From assembly GCA_964016885.1 (NCBI GenBank), contig OZ024741.1:197780001-197844000 (forward strand): a stretch of DNA of 64,000 nucleotides, read 5' to 3'. Of this stretch, positions 52,938 through 64,000 are shown piece by piece. The stretch is from Eledone cirrhosa (Eukaryota). Below the pieces are notes generated by a model. The model was not told the DNA's origin and ran no database searches. It was given only the letters and a program-made list of their open reading frames with translations. Position numbers and translations under genes: made by a program. Each line of letters begins with the position of its first letter. Within the stretch, counting starts at the first letter, position 1.

Positions 52938-52940
<3 letters not shown>
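50429..52940. mobile_element. 2.5-kb fold-back non-coding Penelope-like element, family B
   Basis: ~1-kb inverted repeats (50429-51442 / 51837-52860) with a 395-bp spacer. The right arm has an 80-nt tail (52861-52940). (TA)n flanks; HHR-like motif near each end. Confidence 0.8.
52750..52846 (+). ncRNA. Hammerhead-like motif with extended stem III and non-canonical first box (family B); mirror at 50441-50537
   Basis: ACCCC-CTCAGAA-GCTCGGCTA...TAGCCGTC-GAAAT-GGCT-TGAGCTC-AGCC-GTC-GGGGT. Confidence 0.6.
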
Positions 52941-52974
<34 letters not shown>

Positions 52975-53012
52975 CATTAATATATATATATGTATTATAT
53001 ATATATATATAT

Positions 53013-53076
<64 letters not shown>

Positions 53077-53591
53077 ATATTTGGGGAGGGTCATATTAGC
53101 GTAATATTGCCAGAATTAATAACAGAACACACTCACTGTTTGGTTGGTTTTCGCTTCTCGCTGTCTTTTATATATATATATCTGCGATCTAACTTACTCG
53201 GTCCTCAATGTTGCCATTGACTGACCGGCGGTCAAAAATAATACAGATACAATATAGACAAACACATATATATATAGTTTACATAAATCTTTCGTTGCAC
53301 ATCTGCAACATCGTCAGTGGTGTTATATTCATTGTTCCTCCTGTTGTGTTGTATGTCTACGCCATTTTTTTTTTGTTCAGTCTGTCTATATATTTATTTA
53401 TTTATTTGCTTGTTTGTTTATCTTATTTTATTTTGTCTTCTTTGCGCATGCGTTTGCGTGTGTGTATAGTGTTATGTGTGATGTGTGACTAGTGTGTATA
53501 GTGTTGTGTCTGCTGGGTGACTAGTGTGTGTTTATGTGCTTGTGTATGTATTTATTTATCTTATTTTATTTAATTTAATTTACTTATTTAT

Positions 53592-54667
53592 TTATACTTC
53601 TCTTAGGTCAGTGTTGTTTGTTTGGGTGTTGTTGTTGTTCCACTCATTCTTTCTGTTTAGCTTTGGTCTTCTAATTTCTATTTCACTGGCCTCTCTGATT
53701 TGCCTATCTGCTGGGTCATTCCTATGTTTAGATATTATTCTAATTTCTATGTTGTCTATGTTACCGTCATGATGTTGTCTAGCATGTTCGTATAGTACTG
53801 ACCCGTTTTTTCGTCCTTTTAGTTCCCCCCAGTGTTGGTCTATCCTTTCACCTATGCTACGAGCTGTCTCACCTATGTATGTTGTTGTCGTGTTTCTGCA
53901 AGTACCCTCTGTACATCTTATGCTATAGACTACGTTTCTAGTTTTACAGTTTATCCGGGGGTTCACCTTACATATGATACATTTCCTATTGGTACAGTGG
54001 GTTTTCTTAAAAGGGTAGGTTTTGCTGATCAGGGATTTTATGGTGGTTCCTGGCTTTTCTACCACCTTTATTTTTAAGTGGGTCTTTCTCAGGGCCTTTC
54101 TACACTGGTTGGCTAATTTCCCTCCAGGGGTGGCGTCCACAAACATGACACTCTGATATCTCTGGTTGTCGTACCATGATGTGGCCTTCCCTATCTTATG
54201 TCTAGCCCTATCTAAGCTATTCCATGATTTGCTCCTGTATAGTGGGCAAATTCCTTTCATGTCCAGTTCTATGAGGGTCTTATACTTTTCCATGGCTCCT
54301 TCGTATACTCTGACTCTGTCTCTTTGGTTGTAGCCAGAGAACTGCATGCGGTTGATGAAGTGTTGGATGTGTCCTTCCATTTCTGTTGGGTCGCACATGC
54401 TGGACACATTCTTCATCACTCGTACCAAATCTGCGATCAGAATATTAAACTTAGCACTACTGGACATTGCTGAGTTTTTGAGTATCAGGTATTTGGAGGC
54501 CATGGGTTTAGCATAGTGTGAGTGGAGAATTTGGGCTCTCTCGTCTATAGTGTTGATCCAGAGTTCTGTGTCTAATACAGGTAGTCTATTGTTAGGGTGT
54601 TTGGAAGGGAAGTCTATAGTTACAGTTATACTCTGGTGTATGGAATTAGCTATCTGCTGGATGCTTT
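53592..54667 (-). CDS. PLE ORF C-terminal part: RT C-terminus/thumb + CX4CXXC linker + GIY-YIG endonuclease (5'-truncated, uninterrupted)
   Basis: ITVTID...LPVLD...YAKP...SGY; CTNRKCIIC; CKTRNVVYSIRC...C...YIGETARS..ER..QH...EH...E..EI...PKLNR. The 54668-54734 part of the listed ORF comes from the inverted copy. Confidence 0.88.
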
Positions 54668-55244
54668 CAGAAACACGACAACAACATACATAGGTGAGAC
54701 AGCTCGTAGCATAGGTGAAAGGATAGACCAACACTGGGGGGAACTAAAAGGACGAAAAAACGGGTCAGTACTATACGAACATGCTAGACAACATCATGAC
54801 GGTAACATAGACAACATAGAAATTAGAATAATATCTAAACATAGGAATGACCCAGCAGATAGGCAAATCAGAGAGGCCAGTGAAATAGAAATTAGAAGAC
54901 CAAAGCTAAACAGAAAGAATGAGTGGAACAACAACAACACCCAAACAAACAACACTGACCTAAGAGAAGTATAAATAAATAAGTAAATTAAATTAAATAA
55001 AATAAGATAAATAAATACATACACAAGCACATAAACACACACTAGTCACCCAGCAGACACAACACTATACACACTAGTCACACATCACACATAACACTAT
55101 ACACACACGCAAACGCATGCGCAAAGAAGACAAAATAAAATAAGATAAACAAACAAGCAAATAAATAAATAAATATATAGACAGACTGAACAAAAAAAAA
55201 ATGGCGTAGACATACAACACAACAGGAGGAACAATGAATATAAC

Positions 55245-55285
55245 ACCACTGACGATGTTGCAGATGTGCAACGAAAGATTTATGT
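55245..55285 (+). ncRNA. Putative minimal hammerhead in the PLE pLTR (mirror 53282-53320)
   Basis: CA-CTGACGA-T-GTTGCA-GATG-TGCAAC-GAAA-GATTTA-TG; core and stem II are good, stems I and III are weak. Confidence 0.55.
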
Positions 55286-55535
55286 AAACTATATATATAT
55301 GTGTTTGTCTATATTGTATCTGTATTATTTTTGACCGCCGGTCAGTCAATGGCAACATTGAGGACCGAGTAAGTTAGATCGCAGATATATATATATAAAA
55401 GACAGCGAGAAGCGAAAACCAACCAAACAGTGAGTGTGTTCTGTTATTAATTCTGGCAATATTACGCTAATATGACCCTCCCCAAATATAACAATATCTG
55501 TTTCGACACACGATTTCATATAAAAAACCTCGCAA

Positions 55536-55569
<34 letters not shown>

Positions 55570-56639
55570 TTGGCCTAAGTCATGTATAGAAGGTACATTT
55601 TAACACATATGGCATCAGCAGACGATCTGAAAATAGACTAATAGGAAAGTATTGTTTAAAATAGGATAACCAAATATGTGGTTAATGTTAGATTAATCTC
55701 AAACTCATTTACGAAGCAGATATTATCTGCATTGATATTGTCCAGTAAACTATATATATACATTTTCCTTAACTTAAAGCAGTTAAATTATACAATATAG
55801 TTTCTACTTAATTGAATAAATGGTTGTGTAAGTGCCATCAAAATGGTATATCAGTTAGTGACTCACTCTTGTTTTATCCAACGAAATTCATTCATATGGT
55901 CTATAGTTTGACATAAGGGTCAACATAACTGGTCAAACAAGACCACTACATGAGCGTTTTTATGTTTTTATCAGGAAATTTTTTAGCTTACAAAATACTC
56001 GTTGATTACGCAATACTCCCGCTGTCGTGAACGCTATCTACTTATAATATTCATATCTTCATGGTGGCCTGACCTAGCGAGAGTAGTACTAACAGCCATA
56101 CTTTGATACTTTGGTCGGCAGTTGTAGATATTATCGATGTGACAAGATGAAATTTTATTGCTACATGAACGGAGTTGAAATATAAAACAGCAATCCATAC
56201 TTCCATATGCGGCGTTCTATGAAGCGTTGGATGATTCATGTTTTCCTATGTTAGACAGAAGACATGTCATTGAAAGGTTTGTTTTGCCGGTCTCAATTTG
56301 TGGGTTTTTCTTTTCAGTCCTGAGTTTTCCCTACGATACAGTATCTAATTACAACTAGTTAAACAGATCCGTTTTAAAGTTAAGTGTCGTGACCAAGCAT
56401 AACGTTTGGGAAATTAAATACATATTGATTATGCAACAGTATTCGTTACTACTAAGTTTTCATGTCACGGTTAAAATAATCTTTAAGTCTGTAAGTTTGA
56501 GCCAATCCAATGGATCAGTTTTAACACTTTCGACTAGAAAGTGAATATGTTTCCTACCTTGATTGAAGCTAATATTTCTCTTTCATTGTTTCTCTAAGTA
56601 TGATTTGAATAATATCAACCAATATATATGTGTGTATGT

Positions 56640-56684
<45 letters not shown>

Positions 56685-57497
56685 AGTGTCTGTGTGTGCG
56701 TGTGTATGAGAGAGAGAGAAAGAGAGAGAGTGTGTGTGTGTGTGTTTCTTAGGTTAAAGGATTTAGTCAGATTGTATATGGATTAAAGAAAACTAATTGA
56801 AATTCTGTTCATTATCCTTCAGATCAGCAAAGCAAATTAAATAACCAGGATATATCGTGTGTACTGTTAATTAGTTTCACTAAGAGATTTCTTTGTTTAC
56901 TTTCCACTTCTTTATCTTTCATACTTCTATTTCTTTCAATACTTAACCCAAAAGAATTTATTTTAGTTGCCGTTTTTAATCATTGTCAACTATTTTGTGT
57001 GGTTAGAGAAATTTGAAGAATTAAATAAATGTTTATAAAATTGATACAGACATCTGTAATCATTCTTTCGTATATTAATCCATATAAAATGTATTTATAT
57101 TATCATAAGGACTTCTACCAGCTTAAAAAGCAACCTTGTTAGCTATAAACATTACTCTGACAGTCAATATTTACCTGATTTCATCATAAACACAAAAAAT
57201 ATAAGAGGATATTATTAATTTTTTGTCGTCGTATCTGTGCATGTTTTAAACATACATTCATTCGTTTTCAAAATTGGAAGTTTGTCGTATTTTAGGTCAC
57301 TTTAGTTCCGGATGGAATGACATTTTTTACAATCACATTAAAGATTTCTAGAAATAATTTCAAGTGGAACATTTAATGTCTACATTCGAGTTAATACAAG
57401 TGAAAAGCAATTACAGCTTAGACGCGTCATTTTAGAAATATAAAAACATATAAACTGTTAACATTACTTTATATAACGGTGGATATATATTATATAA

Positions 57498-57672
57498 GAG
57501 TGGTGTATTGGCAGTATCGGTAGAGGGTCGGACGCCATGCTTTCCCTTGCCATTCTGAGTTCAAATCCCGCCGAGGTTCACTTTGCCTTTCATCCTTATG
57601 GGGGTCGATAAAATAAAGTACCAGTAATACACTGGCTAATTGCTGGCCTTGTGCCAAAAGTAGAAACAATTA
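57498..57672 (+). mobile_element. OR/OK-like SINE
   Basis: SINE motifs. Confidence 0.85.
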
Positions 57673-58086
57673 CTTTATATAAAAATAGTATTTAGACAGT
57701 TTTTATCGGTTTCAGGCTTCTATATTTTTTCATTCGTTTGTTCATTATCATTTGTTAAGTTTCATATATGTAAAATACACCCCACCCCACCCCCCAACAC
57801 ACACACACATACACACACAGACTGACACACAGACATACACACAAACACACACCCACACACATACACACACGTTGTAGGCTGTTGTCATTTTAAAGCACTT
57901 TTTTATGTTTAGGTTTTATTTTATTTTATGTATTCATGTTGGTTGAGTGTGGATCAGTCAATCTGTTTTTCGTCATTGGCCAACTGAATACACACGTGTG
58001 TTTTTTCTCCTCAATTTTTTCCCATTTTCCCCGTTCCTTCCTCTTATCACACTTTACTTTCTATTTATATTCTAATTCTAACTCCA

Positions 58087-58116
58087 TCTTCTGATAAAGT
58101 GTCCGAAACGTTAAGA
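58087..58116 (+). ncRNA. Degenerate minimal hammerhead remnant
   Basis: TCTT-CTGATAA-AGTGTCC-GAAAC-GTT-AAGA; stem I intact, stem II largely deleted, G8 mutated. Confidence 0.45.
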
Positions 58117-58324
58117 CTCTCTTCCTGCTATTTGAAGCGTTAAACTAATTTATTTCTTCATGTACTGTGCCGTTTGTTTTGTTATTTTTGTTATTACTTT
58201 TACACACACACAGATATAGATACATATGTATATGTGTGTGTGTGTGTGTCTGTGTGTATTTATATATCTATATAGAGAGAGAGATAGAGTGAGAGAGAGA
58301 TGTATGTATGTATGTATGTATATA

Positions 58325-58466
<142 letters not shown>

Positions 58467-58481
58467 GATATATATATATAC

Positions 58482-58526
<45 letters not shown>

Positions 58527-58534
58527 CACATATA

Positions 58535-58582
<48 letters not shown>

Positions 58583-58584
<2 letters not shown>

Positions 58585-58775
58585 ACGAAGGAGGTGTGGT
58601 AAGGAACCAGATGGACCATAACGCACCAGAGTACTCAATACTTAGGGTAGTAGAGTGGGTAATAAGAAAATGTGTAACCCCAACGGCAGAGCTCAAACCG
58701 TTTCGACGGCTATTTCTGGTCCAGAAATAGCCGTCGAAACGGCTTGAGCTATGCCGTCGGGGTTAAACACTTTCT
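58583..58775. mobile_element. Short family B fold-back
   Basis: Tail + ACCCC..GTTTCGACGGCTATTTCTGG|TCCAGAAATAGCCGTCGAAAC..GGGGTT hairpin; (TA)n flanks. Confidence 0.78.
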
Positions 58776-58787
58776 TATATATATATA

Positions 58788-60445
<1,658 letters not shown>

Positions 60446-60472
60446 TACACACATATATATATATATATATAT

Positions 60473-60666
60473 ATAACGAAGGAAATGTGGTAAGGAACCA
60501 GGTGGACCATAACGCACCAAAGTACTCAATACTAGGGGTAGTAGAGTGGGTAATAGGAACCAGTAAGACCCCGACGGCTGAGCTCAAGCCGTTTCGACGG
60601 CTAATTCTAGACTGAATTAGCCGTCGAAACGGCTTGAGCTCAGCCGTCGGGGTCTTACTGGTTCAT
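60473..60666. mobile_element. Short family B fold-back
   Basis: Perfect ~52-bp inverted repeat around the TAGACT spacer plus a tail on the left arm; (TA)n flanks. Confidence 0.8.
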
Positions 60667-61071
60667 ATATATATATATATATATATATATACATGATGGT
60701 CTGTGTGAGATGTTCATCAAATCGATGGAAAATGCTGCACAGAGTCCTGATTAAACGCATTGTTGACAATTCTTCTGGTATCTCATTAAAAATATTAAAC
60801 AGCTACGTGGTAAATCACGGGGGAGCCTACACTATGCAGTCAACTGCAACCGTTCATACATATCTGTGTCTATCTGATGTATTCTATTAATCCTAATGAA
60901 TACATGAACGAATTATTTGACTGTATTTAATTATCGGAGTTCATATCTAAAATTACTAACGTTTATGCTGCTTCAACGCTCGTATATCCACCATTATCGA
61001 CGCTATTTCAACATTCATTAACTAAACTCATCCATATGGCACATCTTATTTAATTCGTCCGACAGATGGTG

Positions 61072-61182
<111 letters not shown>

Positions 61183-61281
61183 GTATATTATATATATATA
61201 TATATGTGTGTATGTGTGTGTGTGTGTTATATATATGTATATTATATATATATTTGTGTGTATGTGTGTGTGTGTGTATTA

Positions 61282-61360
<79 letters not shown>

Positions 61361-61543
61361 ATTGTGTGTGTGTGTGTTATATATATATGTATATTATATA
61401 TATATATGTGTGTATGTGTGTGTGTATTACTGTATATATATATATTATATATATATATGTGTGTGTGTGTGTGTTATATATATATGTATATTATATATAT
61501 ATTTCTGTGTATGTGTGTGTGTATTACTGTATATATATATATG

Positions 61544-61605
<62 letters not shown>

Positions 61606-61761
61606 ATAATAATATATTTGAAGACTAAAATCCAAAGAGGGCTCGATAAGGATAAATATATATCAAATATATAAGAACCGTAGAGCAAATATTTATTAAA
61701 ATAACAGATTAAAGTTTAAGCAAAGAATCGCTGCTTTCACCCTTAACGGGATCTTCTGAAA

Positions 61762-61804
<43 letters not shown>

Positions 61805-61859
61805 ATAATATATATATATGTACATAAAATAACAGACGAGCGATTGAATGTTACTGTAC

Positions 61860-62073
61860 ATTTCACTCACCTCATTAACCAGAGCCACTACCAGAATGTC
61901 AGGAGTAAACAGCACTGGCGCATGCACGAAACGCTGCCGCACCACGCCCATCCCACGCCTTTGAGGCGACTACTAATTTTAACGGCCTCTGGATGACCAC
62001 ACAGATTTCGCGCGCCCGATAGGGAATATTCGTTGGCGTATTTTAATCAATCTGACACCGACAATAGCAAAAA
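61860..62073 (+). promoter_or_regulatory. CpG-rich putative housekeeping promoter / 5'UTR
   Basis: Unique, GC/CpG-enriched island in an AT-rich context with NRF1-like GCGCATGCA, Sp/KLF CCACGCCC, E2F-like TTTCGCGCG and YY1-like AAAATGGC. Confidence 0.4.
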
Positions 62074-62177
62074 ATGGCCACGGAGATTCTATTCCGACAA
62101 AACTCCATTTTCCCCTCGGAATTCCATGACGATGGATGTGAAATCCGAAATATAGGGACGAATAAATCTATTCCAAG
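62074..62177 (+). CDS. Candidate first coding exon of an unidentified host gene (MATEILFRQNSIFPSEFHDDGCEIRNIGTNKSIP...)
   Basis: AAAAATGG start context; frame open to an AAG|GTAACT donor. Confidence 0.35.
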
Positions 62178-62309
62178 GTAACTTCAACTTTGGCTTTCAT
62201 TTTTTTTTACATTTCTCTTCCTCTTCACCCCTTCCTTTATGCTGCCACCTGATTTTGTTAGCCGAAGATTTAACCATCTGCATTGTAGGAGGCTTCCAAA
62301 ACGATCATC

Positions 62310-62408
<99 letters not shown>

Positions 62409-62451
62409 GTTAAATAAAAGTCAAATGATTAAAATTTAGATTCGTTTATTG

Positions 62452-62504
62452 CTGCTATATATATTTCAGTGACAGCCATCTTTGGCTCTGACCTCTTCAG
62501 GCAG
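62452..62504 (-). ncRNA. Type I hammerhead ribozyme (family A, second copy; host element ~62405-62675)
   Basis: Minus strand CTGC-CTGAAGA-GGTCAGAGCCA-AAGA-TGGCTGTCACT-GAAA-TATAT-ATA-GCAG. Flanks are homologous to 27600-27830. Confidence 0.85.
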
Positions 62505-62674
62505 TTTGTATTAGTATGGTATAGACAAGTACATATGTTGTTTAGATGTATAATATTGTCAATACTCTGATATGCCCAGTTCCTTGTTGGGTTGTTAATT
62601 CACTGAGGAACTGGATACTGAGTGCTCCAGCCTGCATACTGAGGTTTTGGTATACAACCAACATAAACTCAAAA

Positions 62675-62748
<74 letters not shown>

Positions 62749-62749
62749 C

Positions 62750-62796
<47 letters not shown>

Positions 62797-62805
62797 TATA
62801 TATAC

Positions 62806-62850
<45 letters not shown>

Positions 62851-62921
62851 TATATACATAAATATATATATACATATACATATATATGTATACATATATA
62901 TACATATATATATATATATAC

Positions 62922-62987
<66 letters not shown>

Positions 62988-62989
<2 letters not shown>

Positions 62990-63548
62990 AAGGCGGGTAA
63001 AATTACCGAGATCCATGGACGAGTTCTCTCCAGCGGTCTCTGTCCCTCATTATCGCTGCCATGTCCTGCATCTCCAACAGACCAGTGTCTGTCCTTAGGG
63101 CATCAACATATGTTAACCTTGGTCTTCCTCTTCTAGTGTGTCCATGTAGGGGCTCCCAAAGGAGCACTGAGTGCAATGTCAACTCTAAATGTCGGTGAGC
63201 ATGTCCAGCTAACCTCAGTCTCCTCCGTGTCACTTTTGAGCTGACTTTTGGGATGCTCCCATACAGCTCTGAGTTTTTCATCCTCAGTTTATACTGATTA
63301 ATGTTCAGAGCCATCCTCAGCATTCTCGTGTAGCACCCATCCACCATCTGAGTGAGTTTCTTGGTCAGTGTCCAAGTCGCAGACCCATACAGCAGCACAG
63401 ACTCCACTACAGCAATGAAGAGGCGGACTTTCAGGTCTCTACGAAGGTCCGACTTCCACACCGATCTCAAGCTGTGGCACGCCGCCCAGGCCTTGCTCTT
63501 CCTCTCAACCACATCATCTTCCGTATTCCCAATCTTTGCTCCCAAAGA
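62988..63548 (-). mobile_element. RTE-group LINE 3' fragment inserted in (TA)n
   Basis: RKSKAWAA...VW...[21 protein letters not shown]...YTRMLR...RRRLRLAGH...GRP...DRDRWR. Very short 3'UTR; (TA)n on both sides. Confidence 0.82.
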
Positions 63549-63552
63549 TATA

Positions 63553-63614
<62 letters not shown>

Positions 63615-63615
63615 C

Positions 63616-63792
<177 letters not shown>

Positions 63793-63811
63793 CATACATA
63801 TATATATATAC

Positions 63812-63920
<109 letters not shown>

Positions 63921-64000
63921 CATATTTATTTTCAATTGAGTTCTTAAACACGTTGGATTGATAATGTTTTCAAAAAAACTAATTAACCCGCGTGTATATT

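Larger units (their letters stand above)
53071..55539 (-). mobile_element. Penelope-like element (GIY-YIG, Neptune/Nematis-type), 5'-truncated, with inverted pLTR
   Basis: Arms 53071-53898 / 54668-55496 are inverted, with a ~43-nt tail on the right arm; (TA)n flanks. ORF encodes RT thumb, linker and GIY-YIG. Confidence 0.92.

Noticed and set aside
50429-52940. MITE / DNA-transposon interpretation of the long inverted repeats
   Set aside because: Arms are of variable length among copies, one arm has an extra tail, and HHR motifs are present. The same layout occurs in the coding PLE, which favours a retroelement fold-back.
54597-54974. Stand-alone GIY-YIG-like ORF on the plus strand
   Set aside because: It is only the inverted duplicate of the PLE ORF 3' end, fused to antisense sequence.
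61725-61765. Minus-strand CAGAAGA-TCCCGTTAAGGGT-GAAAG hammerhead-like motif between (TA)n tracts
   Set aside because: U4 is mutated and there is no convincing stem I/III; left uncalled.

Overview
Eukaryotic, AT-rich, microsatellite-dense non-coding DNA, most likely from an octopus or other cephalopod (inferred from the abundant tRNA-derived SINE resembling the octopus OR/OK family; not database-checked). There is no intact host gene. One plausible first coding exon with a CpG-rich promoter lies near 62 kb. Most ORFs in the supplied track are microsatellite artefacts. The window is a mosaic of degraded retroelements that each sit in a particular microsatellite: Tx1-clade LINEs in (ATT)n and (GATA)n, Dong/R4-type RLE LINEs in (AAT)n and (CATA)n, plus RTE and CRE fragments, non-autonomous Helitrons and about 20 SINE copies. 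The most striking signal, invisible in the ORF track, is more than 15 type I hammerhead-ribozyme (HHR) motifs from at least 8 sequence families. They sit in non-coding elements embedded in (TA)n. These elements are arranged either as a ~521-bp tandem array or as fold-backs (an untailed inverted copy plus a tailed copy). A GIY-YIG Penelope-like element (53-55.5 kb) shows exactly the same architecture. I interpret this as a diverse (TA)n-targeted Penelope/retrozyme system. All structures were read by eye, and element boundaries are approximate.
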